64,000 bases of DNA from Peptococcaceae bacterium UBA5752 (GCA_002419055.1 DIFI01000017.1:41160-105159), one strand, 5' to 3'. Positions 36,917 through 47,038 are shown, counted from the stretch's first letter. The notes: a model not told the origin generated them from the sequence alone. Program-made: numbers and translations.

Positions 36917-37747
36917 CTATTTCTCTAAATTATTTAAAATTTCAAGATATCTTTCTGTCGCTGCATCGGACGGTTCACCCTTGCTGCAAATCTGTAGATT
37001 TTCTAATTTGCGATTTGGTCTTTCAACAATTAATCTTTTCCGATCATCAAGTTTCTCGCTCAATGAAGCGACGGCTTCTATGAATCGCTTGTCCTTCCTC
37101 GCCTTTGAGTAGAACGACAAAACATATGTATAATAGAATAGGTTATATCGCAGAAACGGGTATTCAACTTGCATAAACAATGTTCCCATTCCAAAGTGAC
37201 AAGGTCCGGTTGGCACTCGGATAGTCCAGTGATCAAGTAGTGTCTCAACCGCCCGGTCAAGTTCCTGAGTCCCTTCATGCCTTCCAGCGCATCTAAATGC
37301 ATCCAGGGCAATAAGTGTAACTCCCGGATTTGAGAAGTTGGTTTCCGGGCCTCGTCCAAATAAGAATTTGTTGCATCGCCAGCCACCATCTTCGAACCTG
37401 CTTGAAAGTAGATGCTCCAGTACCGCCTGGACGCGTTGGTCGCCGGAATATCCGTTTCTGCAAAGCGCTGCAGCCGCAATAGCCATATGACAAGGAAAAA
37501 TCGAACCCTTGGGAGCAATACGTACTCGTCCGTCATCTCTTATAACACTAAGGACGAGTTCACAAGACCCTTGGAGTGCTTCATGAGACTTTGGCACTTT
37601 CAAGTCGCTCATGATGAGCAGAGCAGTCAAGGTGCTGATTGGACGTTCTATGCCAATTCGCCCATCTGGTGTTGCCCAAAAATCGGCGCCATTGTCATGA
37701 CGAGTGGCGAGAATCTTATCCAGATCTGCCTTATACAACTCACTCAT
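36917..37747 (-). CDS. hypothetical protein (276 aa)
   Basis: Clean ORF, helical-repeat appearance, no motif recognised. Confidence 0.4.
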   Translation of the reverse strand: MSELYKADLDKILATRHDNGADFWATPDGRIGIERPISTLTALLIMSDLKVPKSHEALQGSCELVLSVIRDDGRVRIAPKGSIFPCHMAIAAAALCRNGYSGDQRVQAVLEHLLSSRFEDGGWRCNKFLFGRGPETNFSNPGVTLIALDAFRCAGRHEGTQELDRAVETLLDHWTIRVPTGPCHFGMGTLFMQVEYPFLRYNLFYYTYVLSFYSKARKDKRFIEAVASLSEKLDDRKRLIVERPNRKLENLQICSKGEPSDAATERYLEILNNLEK

Positions 37748-37764
37748 CTAATTTTCTCCTCTCC

Positions 37765-37842
37765 CTAGCGATTCTGTTTATTCTGGCACAGCGTATCAAG
37801 ATCGCAATTCATCCCACAGGGAGCAATAAGCTGTTCTTCCAT
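37765..37842 (-). pseudogene. internally deleted duplicate of the DUF3795 gene (25-aa Cys-containing mini-ORF)
   Basis: MEEQLIAPCGMNCDLDTLCQNKQNR* = first 13 aa of the 39459-39902 protein (MEERLIAPCGMNC) fused in frame to its C-terminal segment (CDIDTLRKNKKYR); ~85% nt identity to both gene ends; own AGGAGAG RBS. Confidence 0.3.
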
Positions 37843-37857
37843 ATCCGGTCATCTCTC

Positions 37858-38202
37858 CTAGGAAAAGATAATGGCCAACATCACAGCTTGTTTTTCTGAC
37901 TGGTTTGCTAGGCCATGCGAATCACCATTTGCGGTAAATACGGCATCTCCCTCGTGCAAAATATAATCTTCACCATTTTGACTAACTATCAATTCACCTT
38001 CCAGTAAATAATAAATTGCTGCATCATCTGTATGGGCATGCAAACCAATTGAGCAAGCGGGAGAAATAAAGAACTTGGAAAAAAGGTTGCTTTTACCGAG
38101 CATTTCCTCGGGTTCAAAAATATTCAAGTCTTTGATAGTGCCAGTGCCGCCGCTAATATTATTTCTAACACGAAGCCGCATTGCTTCCTTTCTCTTTATC
38201 AT
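37858..38202 (-). CDS. cupin-domain protein
   Basis: 114 aa; cupin motifs G(x)5HxH...(LHAHTDDAAIYYLLEGE) and ...GDAVFTANGDSHG. Confidence 0.7.
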   Translation of the reverse strand: MIKRKEAMRLRVRNNISGGTGTIKDLNIFEPEEMLGKSNLFSKFFISPACSIGLHAHTDDAAIYYLLEGELIVSQNGEDYILHEGDAVFTANGDSHGLANQSEKQAVMLAIIFS

Positions 38203-38344
38203 CTTTATCCTCCTTTTTTAATTGTTTTTTGCATAGGAACATTCGTTGACTTCAAATAATTTGCCAGCATAATATTTTACAAAGTATCTCTTACCCTTTT
38301 GAATTACGGTTCGACATTCCGTTTCAAGCTGGAATCAGTACTGT

Positions 38345-39196
38345 TTATTTAATAATACGATAGGCGAGTCCAACAAGCCCCGGGCCGGTATGCACACCTA
38401 ACGCCGGACTGATCTGGCACAAATAGAGATTGCGCAGACCCTTGAGGTTCTTTAAATTAGCATGTACTATCTTTGCCTTCTCTGCTGCGTTTCCATACAA
38501 AACAGCAATATCAATCCTTTTATCTGCTGCGATTTTTCTGATGCTTTCCTCTATCTTTTTGATTGCGCAAGAATAATTGCGGCATTTTGCGTAAGTGAAA
38601 TAACGCCCGTCCTGATTTATCGAAATAACAGGCACAATACCCAATATGGTTCCTAGAGTTCCCGTAACCAGTCCGATTCTTCCACCTTTGATTAGATAAT
38701 GAAGGGTCGGTATGCAGAAATAGCCGTTGGTATTTGCCCAGCTGTCTTCTAACGCGGCCAAAATTTCAGCGGATGAAGATCCCGCTTCGTTCATATCCAC
38801 TGCCTGTATAACAAGAAGCCCTAGCGCCATGGAAAGCCTGCGGCTATCAAACATGTGGATGTGAAGGTCATATTCCTCTTTGGCGCACATGCCAAACACG
38901 TTAAAAGTTCCACTTAGTCCAGAGGAAATACAAACAGCAATTGCTTCCTGATAACCTTCACGCTTGAGCTGTTCAAATAGTTCTTTAATATCTCCCGGCG
39001 ATGGCTGTGATGTGGATGGCACTACCTCGGGCATGCGAGAATACACCTCCTGAGGACTAATGTTAACCCCGTCGAGATAGTCTCCTTCCGGCATGCTGAC
39101 ATGAAGAGGCAAAATAAAGACCTGATGCTTTTCCAGATATTCCTTTGGTATGTCACAACTGCTGTCTGTGATGATAGCAATTTTACTGTTGTTCAT
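38345..39196 (-). CDS. DegV-family fatty-acid-binding protein
   Basis: IAIITDSSCDIP N-terminal signature, 283 aa. Confidence 0.85.
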   Translation of the reverse strand: MNNSKIAIITDSSCDIPKEYLEKHQVFILPLHVSMPEGDYLDGVNISPQEVYSRMPEVVPSTSQPSPGDIKELFEQLKREGYQEAIAVCISSGLSGTFNVFGMCAKEEYDLHIHMFDSRRLSMALGLLVIQAVDMNEAGSSSAEILAALEDSWANTNGYFCIPTLHYLIKGGRIGLVTGTLGTILGIVPVISINQDGRYFTYAKCRNYSCAIKKIEESIRKIAADKRIDIAVLYGNAAEKAKIVHANLKNLKGLRNLYLCQISPALGVHTGPGLVGLAYRIIK

Positions 39197-39458
39197 TTAA
39201 TCCCTCCTAAAAATAAAATTGTCCAAAATTCAAGAAATCATGAGCAAGACATCTCAAAGTTTTCATATCCGGACATTTCTCTATTCTCATTATGGCATAA
39301 TTTTACTCAGAAGTCTTTATAAAGATAATTTATATTTTGGCCATAAATTTTGCGGTTCTGCTTGGTCATATATAAAAGGCGGCTAAGATATTATATCTTA
39401 ACCGCTTTTTCATTTGTTGTATTATGCTAAACTGCTACAGCAAAGTCTATATAATTTA

Positions 39459-39902
39459 CTACTCACCCCAGCGGTACTTCTTATTTTTGCGCAGCGTATC
39501 AATATCGCAATTCAAGCAAAGTCCGTTATGACAGCATATCTGCTCACCGCATTCGGGGCAGCGCCACTTTGCCTCTTCCTTTTCCAGAAACTCCTTGATG
39601 CCATGCTCTTTGATGAATTCGAGATTTTCTAACATGCTCATATGGTATTTGGTACGGTAGCGCTTATCGAGATTTTTCAGCCGACTACAAGGAAAATCCC
39701 CGCACTCAAAACAAAACCGCACAAGTCCATTGCCCAAAAGATCGCACTTATTTTTCATAAAAACGCAGTTCTTGCCGCGTGGCAGGCAGCCTGCACAATA
39801 TGTTTTTCTAAATCCCTGCTTATTTAAATCGTTTTTCATTGCCAGATGATTGACGCATAATCCACAATTCATCCCACAGGGTGCAATTAGTCGTTCTTCC
39901 AT
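39459..39902 (-). CDS. Cys-rich DUF3795-like protein
   Basis: 147 aa with multiple CxxC pairs (CGMNCGLC, CAGCLPRGKNC, CFECGDFPC, CPECGEQICC, CLNC). Confidence 0.5.
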   Translation of the reverse strand: MEERLIAPCGMNCGLCVNHLAMKNDLNKQGFRKTYCAGCLPRGKNCVFMKNKCDLLGNGLVRFCFECGDFPCSRLKNLDKRYRTKYHMSMLENLEFIKEHGIKEFLEKEEAKWRCPECGEQICCHNGLCLNCDIDTLRKNKKYRWGE

Positions 39903-40206
39903 CTCAAATCACCAACTTTTTCAAATCTTCGTTACATGATATTTTAACATTTATAATTCAAAATATCACTTCTTTTTTTTAACCACACCGTTGGCACACT
40001 ATCATTTAAATCTCCTTTTTACCTTGTTTATTATATTAAAAAGACATTTTTACCTAATTATATTTTAATATTAATAATTAATCTATATCAAAAAATAAGG
40101 CAGTACAAATTGATAAAAAACATGAAATTCTATATACTTTGCAAGATCTTTTATATAATTTTCTAATTATAAGTAAAGAATTCTATTAAATTTAAAATTA
40201 GGTTCT

Positions 40207-40265
40207 ATAAACAAATTCCTGATAAATTCCTGATATCTGTAAAGATATTAGGAATTTGTTTTTTT
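40207..40265. promoter_or_regulatory. long near-perfect palindrome upstream of the polysaccharide deacetylase gene
   Basis: aaacaaattcctgat...attaggaatttgttt followed by T5; no upstream + strand gene, so operator or orphan terminator. Confidence 0.3.
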
Positions 40266-40373
40266 GATAAAACGATTAAACCCGAATACGAATGTCGTTT
40301 ATAACATACCAATTAGTACCTCGCATTATAATAGCAAATCGGAAAAAAATAGTTATCATGGGGGGTAATCAAT

Positions 40374-41225
40374 TTGAAAACAAAAAAAATAATTATTTTT
40401 TTCTTGCTCTTAATACCATTAATAGTAATGGCAATTTATGCGAATATGCCAGTAAAACAACCGGAGATGGAATTAGTATCGAAAGATATAAATCCAGACT
40501 CGATTGATATAACAAATCCAGCCTATGAGACATCGAATAGTATGGATACAACAAATCTGTTCCCGTTTCCTACTGAAGGCATTCCGGTTTTGATGTATCA
40601 TTCTATAAGCACGGCTCCCGGTAATACGTTATGCGTTTCCGAAACACAATTTCAAGAAGAAATGGCATGGCTTGAAAATAACAATTACCATACTTTGAAT
40701 ATGGATCAACTATATGATGCTTTGGTTAACGGCGCATCGGTCCCGGAAAATCCTATTGTTATAACATTTGATGATGGATACGCGGACAATTATCAAGTTG
40801 CTTGGCCAATTCTAAAGCAATATGGTTTTACGGCAACATTTTTTGTCATAACTAATTATGTAGGCACTGATACAATTGATTGGAATCAGCTTAAAGAACT
40901 GATCAGTCAGGGAAATTCCATAGGCAGCCATTCAGTCCATCATCTTGATATGATAACTCTCTCTAACGCGCAACAGGAAAGCGAGCTTAGTCAGTCAAAA
41001 CAAATACTCGAAGCTAGTCTCGGCACAAGTATTATAGCATTTTGCTTTCCGTCCGGACAGTATTATGACACCACATTAAAAATATTGTCCGATACTGGTT
41101 ATAAGTTAAGTTTTACTACCAGGCCGGGCAAAGTTTATCTTGGAAATAATCAATTTAAGCTTCATCGCGTGCGTATTGACGGAGGAATGTCACTTTCCGG
41201 TTTTATAAGTCAAGTATCATATTAA
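40374..41225 (+). CDS. polysaccharide deacetylase (NodB-homology domain) with N-terminal membrane anchor
   Basis: VLMYHSIS...ITFDDGYADNYQVAWPILKQYGFTATFFV NodB motifs; TTG start with GGGGGG RBS. Confidence 0.8.
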   Translation: MKTKKIIIFFLLLIPLIVMAIYANMPVKQPEMELVSKDINPDSIDITNPAYETSNSMDTTNLFPFPTEGIPVLMYHSISTAPGNTLCVSETQFQEEMAWLENNNYHTLNMDQLYDALVNGASVPENPIVITFDDGYADNYQVAWPILKQYGFTATFFVITNYVGTDTIDWNQLKELISQGNSIGSHSVHHLDMITLSNAQQESELSQSKQILEASLGTSIIAFCFPSGQYYDTTLKILSDTGYKLSFTTRPGKVYLGNNQFKLHRVRIDGGMSLSGFISQVSY

Positions 41226-41344
41226 CTGTAGTAATTTCTATGATCGTAGTGATATTTCGTCCGTGATTAATTCTTTTATTCAAAAAGAATATAATCATAA
41301 GAAGTAAACTGCTATAAACTGGATTATTGTGGAGGAGAAATATA

Positions 41345-41704
41345 ATGAAAGTAGCTAATCTAACCATAATGGTTAACAACTTGGAAGAATCGATTGAGTT
41401 TTATAAAACTATTACTGAATTGACTATTTCTCGCCGCTTTAAAGCAGGCCCGGGAGAAATTGCATTTATGAAAAACGCTGATGGTGAAACCGAAATTGAG
41501 CTGGTCTCAATGCCTCAGGGACAAAAGTTTGAAGGCAAAGGTTTTTTTGTTTGTTTTGAAACAGAAAATTTGGACACAGTACAGGAGCTTGCAAAAGCAA
41601 AAGGGCTGAATCCTTCCGATATCCGGAATCCTGACGCTAAAAATAGATATTTCTATGTGTATGACCCTAATGGAGTATCTGTAGAAATTAAACAAAAAGT
41701 TTAA
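41345..41704 (+). CDS. VOC-family (glyoxalase/bleomycin-resistance fold) protein
   Basis: 119 aa, paired beta-alpha-beta-beta-beta modules (MKVANLTIMVNNLEESIEFY...); GGAGG RBS. Confidence 0.7.
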   Translation: MKVANLTIMVNNLEESIEFYKTITELTISRRFKAGPGEIAFMKNADGETEIELVSMPQGQKFEGKGFFVCFETENLDTVQELAKAKGLNPSDIRNPDAKNRYFYVYDPNGVSVEIKQKV

Positions 41705-41734
41705 TGCTGTATGTAGACAAGCGTCATGTTAATA

Positions 41735-41770
41735 AAAAGACCCGCCTCTTAAAATGAGGCGGGTTTTTTG
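41735..41770. terminator. bidirectional rho-independent terminator
   Basis: cccgcctc-ttaaaatga-gaggcggg then TTTTTT; A-run on other side. Confidence 0.85.
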
Positions 41771-41780
41771 TGTCAACCGT

Positions 41781-42644
41781 TTATTCTTCCGTATCGTATA
41801 AAATCAAACCTTTGCCATCGAAATAAACCAGGTCGCCGTCTTTATATTCCCAAATGGCCTTAAACTCGGTCGGCGTTTTGATACCGTCTTTTTCTTGATA
41901 ATCACTGCTCACCGTTGACCAAGTAACCTTATCGGTCGTACCATCGGTTGCAGTAAACACTCTGTCGTTGGTAGTAAAGGTAACCGATTCATTTTTTTCG
42001 TCAAATGTGAAAATCCCGCTGGCAGTTTCGCCGTAATAGGAGATAGTAGCTTTAGCGTTTACATCATCGATTTCTTCCCAAATTATATAATTCTGCAAAG
42101 CTACACTTGGAATAAGCAGACACTCCGATAAAAAAGTGACCAAGCTTGCTTTATCCATAATATCTCCGGTTTGATTAAATAAAGTATGAATTTTTGCAAT
42201 TACGCCTTTCATCGAGCCCTTGCCGTGAACATATGCATCCAGACCTTCAAAGGTAATGCCATATATGGCGCTGTTGATGTAGGCAATTCGCATCGGAACA
42301 CTCGCGAAATTGTACTGTATATAATCAATCTTCATTGTGGGTTTATCTTTGCCGAATAGAAAATCGACGTCATGATATACCACTTTCATAAATGCCATTT
42401 TGTGAATGCCGATAAAACCGCAAAACTTAAAATAATTCTGTACAGGCGTCGGCAAATCAGCAATATCGTTTTCGGTAATTATACCGGTCCCTTTGTCCGT
42501 TTCGATTATAATACTGCCTGTGAGGTGGTTAAATTCCGTCCTGGTCTTTGAATACGGAATATTAAAAAACACCAAGGCGATTCCTACAACACTGAGTAAA
42601 ACTCCGATAATTACGAACATTTTCATTTTACCCCTCTTTTTCAT
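41781..42644 (-). CDS. membrane-anchored hypothetical protein (287 aa)
   Basis: N-terminal TM (FVIIGVLLSVVGIALVFF) followed by a soluble domain; no motif recognised. Confidence 0.5.
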   Translation of the reverse strand: MKKRGKMKMFVIIGVLLSVVGIALVFFNIPYSKTRTEFNHLTGSIIIETDKGTGIITENDIADLPTPVQNYFKFCGFIGIHKMAFMKVVYHDVDFLFGKDKPTMKIDYIQYNFASVPMRIAYINSAIYGITFEGLDAYVHGKGSMKGVIAKIHTLFNQTGDIMDKASLVTFLSECLLIPSVALQNYIIWEEIDDVNAKATISYYGETASGIFTFDEKNESVTFTTNDRVFTATDGTTDKVTWSTVSSDYQEKDGIKTPTEFKAIWEYKDGDLVYFDGKGLILYDTEE

Positions 42645-43036
42645 TTTGATTCTCCTTTACATTGCTCATATCTGGATTGCGAATCATGCAATATTGCTTA
42701 AAATCTATATTGTCGGCAGCGAATTCTTGACAAATCCCGAAACCGAAATGTTGATATATTCCTAAGATTGATTGATTATGTGTTTCGAGTATAATAGGGA
42801 TTCCTTTGGCGTCCGATTGTTGCAAAAAAGGAGTAATCAACTCACGAAAAGCGCCAGTACCGCGGAATCGTTTATCTATTGCAACAACCAGCAGATGGTA
42901 ATATTCCTCTCGAAATTCATTAAACCACAAAGGATTATCAACCTCCCCTAACCTTTGGCTATTTTCTATAATCGTCTGTAGCTTCCGCAAGCAATTCGCT
43001 TAATTCTTCTATATCTTCACTTCTGACAGGCCGCAT
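42628..43036 (-). pseudogene. GNAT-family N-acetyltransferase disrupted by a frameshift near 42975-42990
   Basis: ATG at 43034-43036 with AAAGAGGG RBS encodes MRPVRSEDIEELSELLAEATDDYRK* (GNAT-type N-terminus); the -1/+1 frame continues ...YYHLLVVAIDKRFRGTGAFREL... (motif A). The two parts are in different frames. Confidence 0.5.
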
Positions 43037-43056
43037 ATTATATCCCTCTTTTATAT

Positions 43057-43518
43057 TTATAACTCATCGGCAACTTTGTTTTCTTTCTCCATCATTTCAA
43101 TGTTTTCTGCAAGCTTTGATATGCCTTGGTAAAACCCATCTGTTACTTCGCTATTAAATCCGGTAAAAATTTTATCCAGGAATGCTAATTCTTTATCGCT
43201 TCGCCCGGCAAAATATTCTTTGCATTTTTGAGTTAGGGTGATTCGCAGAGCCCGCGCATCGTTTTGATCTTTTGTGATCGTCACATAGCCCTGTTCTGCC
43301 AACGCGGCCGCCAAGCGTTTGGCGTTTTGCCTAGAGTAGCCAACAAAGTTTGCCACCTCGCTTAATGTCGGCGGTAAGCTGAATTTTGAAACGCATACGA
43401 TAAACAGCCATTGTTTTGTGGTAATGTTTTTATCAAACGCGTCACCAAGCACCTGTAATCGGTTTGACACAGCAAATATCGATGCAAAGATGTATGCTTT
43501 CTTTTCCAATTCATTCAT
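43057..43518 (-). CDS. MarR-family transcriptional regulator
   Basis: wHTH region LSEVANFVGYSRQNAKRLAAALAEQGYVTITKDQNDARALRITLT; start at second ATG (MNELEKK) with GGAGGG RBS. Confidence 0.8.
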   Translation of the reverse strand: MNELEKKAYIFASIFAVSNRLQVLGDAFDKNITTKQWLFIVCVSKFSLPPTLSEVANFVGYSRQNAKRLAAALAEQGYVTITKDQNDARALRITLTQKCKEYFAGRSDKELAFLDKIFTGFNSEVTDGFYQGISKLAENIEMMEKENKVADEL

Positions 43519-43710
43519 CGTAACGCCCTCCAATATTATAGGTAACATGTTACTCTTATTATATGTAATATGTTACCTTTTGTCAATAGCTTTAGATTAA
43601 TTATTTCATATAAATAACATAAGAAATTCAAACAGAATTCATATTTGTGTTTTAGGATACTTATATTCCAATGTTTTCCAGAACTCCAATTTGGTGTATG
43701 CAATTAAAAT

Positions 43711-44403
43711 ATGAAAGGAACAAAGACTATGAAAAAAATCATCATTCTTGCTTTGTGTTTGTCGGTTCTCGCATTTTGCCTTGTGGGCTGTAGTGATAAT
43801 ACCCAAACCAATACCGATTCCGGTACTGATTTAAGCAACACTACAATTGCAGGGCAGGTCACCGCTATTGATGGTACTTCTGTTACCCTACAACTCGGTG
43901 ACCTTACTGGAAACAATAAGAGCGCCGCTCCCGCGGATGATGCTACCAAAGATGAGGCTACATCAAGTGATACTACCGGCTCAGCTTCTACGGACACAGC
44001 CACAAGCGGCACAGCTCCTTCAGGGGAAGCTCCCGGCGGCGCAGTTCCCTCAGGGGAAGCTCCCAGCGGCGGTGGTCCAAGGTCAACCTTTACTGCCGGA
44101 AGTGAAAACATCGCGATTACCATCGGCGATGATGCAACAATTACTATTGAGGGCATGGGTGAGAACACTACCGGCACCATAGACGATATCAAGGTAGGTG
44201 ATATACTGGAAGTAACTTTTGGTGATAACAACACTGTCACCGCCGTAATAGTGAAGAATGTCATGGTTAATGTTGACAATACAAATGGTACCGACCAAAC
44301 CACGAACAATAACTCCACCACTAGCACCGATGATACGTCTGATTCCACCGACGATAATGCTGTCGATACCATCGACAAGAATGCGGCTGATTCTACCGAT
44401 TAG
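43711..44403 (+). CDS. Thr/Ser/Gly-rich lipoprotein
   Basis: Signal peptide + lipobox LVGC; low-complexity region with tandem GEAPxG repeats (nt ~44000-44080). Confidence 0.6.
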   Translation: MKGTKTMKKIIILALCLSVLAFCLVGCSDNTQTNTDSGTDLSNTTIAGQVTAIDGTSVTLQLGDLTGNNKSAAPADDATKDEATSSDTTGSASTDTATSGTAPSGEAPGGAVPSGEAPSGGGPRSTFTAGSENIAITIGDDATITIEGMGENTTGTIDDIKVGDILEVTFGDNNTVTAVIVKNVMVNVDNTNGTDQTTNNNSTTSTDDTSDSTDDNAVDTIDKNAADSTD

Positions 44404-44556
44404 CCGGATATTAACAACAGCCGAATAAATAGTAACAAACAATAAAGATGGCAGGAGCAAAAAATACTCCTGCCATCTTAAACACTTCCTAATACATCTT
44501 AGTTTCTGCATTTTCATATAATAAAACATTAAGCGTGTTAATTAAAGGGGGAGCTT

Positions 44557-45117
44557 ATGTTCAATTTAGCCACCAGCGATTCGTCTTTCGACTGCAAACA
44601 TATGACTAAAAGTGTTAGTATCCCCGTCGAACTGTATGAATCAATGCAGGGAAAATACTTTATCGGTTATGCCGATAACTTAAGTTTTGGCAAAGGAGCC
44701 AGCGCCTGGGCAAGACTATATAACCCCACAAATTCAGGCGTAAATTTGTTTGTTAATGTTTGGACTGTTACAGATATATCAGCAGCGCCCTTTCGCGCAC
44801 AATTCTGGTTCAACGCAAATCCTCAGGGCACACCTGCGGAGTCGCCTCTCGTAACCCCTGCCAATACGGCAATACAGCCTCTTCCCAAACCTAGAATAAA
44901 GCTGCAATTAGCGTCCAATGTTAGCGGAGAGCCAACCGGAGGAGTTAAAGCATTTGTACGCCGGGGCGAAACGGAAACGACACTGGTCGAAACGGAAAAC
45001 GGTAAACTGATCTTCCCTCCCGGCGGTTCGTTTTTGGTCTTTTTATCTCTATCTGAAAACCCTAATATCTCAGCTTCAGGCCGCATCGCCTTTGGCTGGT
45101 GGGAAGAAAAAATTTGA
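44557..45117 (+). CDS. hypothetical protein (186 aa)
   Basis: Strong RBS AAAGGGGGAG; beta-rich composition; no motif recognised. Confidence 0.45.
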   Translation: MFNLATSDSSFDCKHMTKSVSIPVELYESMQGKYFIGYADNLSFGKGASAWARLYNPTNSGVNLFVNVWTVTDISAAPFRAQFWFNANPQGTPAESPLVTPANTAIQPLPKPRIKLQLASNVSGEPTGGVKAFVRRGETETTLVETENGKLIFPPGGSFLVFLSLSENPNISASGRIAFGWWEEKI

Positions 45118-45282
45118 TTAACAATATATTTACAAAGGTAGTCATGTAAAAGTTGAAATCTTTACATGGCTTTTTTGTTGTGCCTTTTGCTCATTCTGAT
45201 GCAACCCACATACTCAAAGTATACAAGGATTCAATTTTCGAGAATATTGTTGTTATGCGCTTATACAGGCCTTTATGTACGA

Positions 45283-45777
45283 ATGATGAATGATGTTATC
45301 GATCAGATAGAGGAAAATATTTCGCAACAAATAACGCTGCAAAGCTTGTCTGAAAGATTCTATATGTCTGAGGGTACATTGGTATTAAAGGAAACCTATA
45401 TTTACCTTGATACATTTTATTTATCTGGAATATACTTTGACGTCAACGAAAATGATGCTGACTTCGAAGATACCTTGAAAACTGCCGGCGAGACCTTTGC
45501 CTCCGCAGCCCCAAAACCAAATTTCCCGAAGCAGGAGCAATTTTATACTGTTGTAAATTGTCACGGGGACGAGAGCGGAAAGTATATTGTTTTTTTTGGG
45601 GAAGGACCCTTTGAGAAGAAAAACGAAAATGATCCGGGTATTCGCAAGATTTCCTCCGGATGGTATGCCCGGTTCTCTTATCACGGTGATATGCTGGATA
45701 TGCGAAGTACTTTGTCCATAGGTTTCCTTTCAACCCAATGTTTAGGACGCGAAGGTGATAACGGCAACCTGGTGTAA
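45283..45777 (+). pseudogene. remnant of AraC-family regulator with GyrI-like effector domain (internal deletion)
   Basis: MMNDVIDQIEENISQQITLQSLSERFYMSEGTL is the first helix of an AraC HTH, but the rest of the HTH is missing and sequence runs into a GyrI-like C-terminal part (...YIVFFGEGPFEKK...GWYARFSYHGDM). Confidence 0.35.
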
Positions 45778-45882
45778 GAATCCTTTGACAACATTGATCT
45801 GAGCTTGGGTTAGATAGATACTTATTAACTTAATCCACAAAATTGTTGTCGACATTCAACCATCAAAATATACTATTCTATA

Positions 45883-46227
45883 TTATTTGATTTTCTTATC
45901 TCTTCCATATTTTATAACATTAACGTCAGTCACTATTACTAATCCTTCGTTTATCATTTGATCAATAACCGGTATTGCTTTTTCTATCTGTTCTTTGGTA
46001 TCAATTGCTTCAATAATTACCGGCAAGCTTGAGCTTAAATCAAGTATCCGCGTTGTGCGTATGGTTTTACCTTCTCCATATCCCTCGATTCCCCGCATTA
46101 CGGTCACCCCGGCTATGCCCAGCTCTTTTAGTTTGAAAACCACTGCATTATATAAGTTGTGGCCCATATATTTTGAATCCTCACTCACATATATTTTGAG
46201 TATTTGACATTTATCTCCTGCTTTCAT
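45883..46227 (-). CDS. DUF190 (PII-like) protein commonly linked to fluoride exporters
   Basis: 114 aa; co-operonic downstream of two crcB genes. Confidence 0.65.
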   Translation of the reverse strand: MKAGDKCQILKIYVSEDSKYMGHNLYNAVVFKLKELGIAGVTVMRGIEGYGEGKTIRTTRILDLSSSLPVIIEAIDTKEQIEKAIPVIDQMINEGLVIVTDVNVIKYGRDKKIK

Positions 46228-46244
46228 ATTTGCAAAACCTCATT

Positions 46245-46610
46245 TCATATTATTATAAATAAACCTCCGATATAGAAACCTGCCATAAACCCGATGATTC
46301 CAAAAATAAGAGAACTCGAAATATATATAAATGCATTTAACTTTTCTTTTCCTTGAAAGAGATTAAAACCTTCATACATAAATGTTGAAAAAGTGGTATA
46401 TGCGCCTAAAAAACCGTCACCCAACAGCAGATATATGTTATTGCCTGCATTAACACTAGTTATAATACCCAAAAGTAACGCTCCGGTAATATTGATAGTA
46501 AAGGTACCAATCGGAAATGCAGTGTTTTGTCTTTGAGAAATTATCTTTCCGAATTGAAACCTGCATACAGCACCAAAAGCTCCACCTAGGCCAACCAAGA
46601 CAATATCCAT
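46245..46610 (-). CDS. crcB: fluoride-specific ion channel subunit FluC/CrcB (second copy)
   Basis: 121 aa, 4 TM, GGAFGAVCRF and GAYTTFSTF motifs. Confidence 0.85.
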   Translation of the reverse strand: MDIVLVGLGGAFGAVCRFQFGKIISQRQNTAFPIGTFTINITGALLLGIITSVNAGNNIYLLLGDGFLGAYTTFSTFMYEGFNLFQGKEKLNAFIYISSSLIFGIIGFMAGFYIGGLFIII

Positions 46611-47038
46611 TATTCCACTTCGCTTTCAATTTCAATTTTTTCTTTTCTCCTAAAAAGTCTTAAACCTGCCGAACGCGCAAGTATGGTTCCCAAATATGCT
46701 ACTCCAAGTCCCAGCATGATTGAAATTGTTATATATGAAATAGCAGAAAAATAATCTCCGATTCGCATAAGCTCGAAAGTTTCCTTGCACAATGTGGCAA
46801 ATGTTGTAAAAGCTCCCAAAAAACCAATTGTTACGCCATGTCGAATATCCGGGTTAACTTCTCTGAACTCAAATGCCAATGTAATAAAAAATGCCATAAT
46901 AAAACACCCTGCTATATTAATAATCAATGTATTTAAGGGAAAAAGCTCATGATATCCCAGTATTTGAATTAATTCAAACAAATAACGTGCAATTGCACCT
47001 ATAAATCCGCCAATGCTTATAAAAATGTATTTTTTCAT
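46610..47038 (-). CDS. crcB: fluoride-specific ion channel subunit FluC/CrcB (first copy)
   Basis: GGFIGAIARY and GAFTTFATL motifs; 1-nt overlap with the next crcB suggests a heterodimeric Fluc pair. Confidence 0.85.
   Translation of the reverse strand: MKKYIFISIGGFIGAIARYLFELIQILGYHELFPLNTLIINIAGCFIMAFFITLAFEFREVNPDIRHGVTIGFLGAFTTFATLCKETFELMRIGDYFSAISYITISIMLGLGVAYLGTILARSAGLRLFRRKEKIEIESEVE

Noticed and set aside
43704-44378. 224-aa minus-strand ORF overlapping the lipoprotein gene
   Set aside because: Exactly antisense to a plus-strand ORF that has a signal peptide, lipobox and RBS; the repeat-rich, low-complexity region gives long artefactual frames on both strands.
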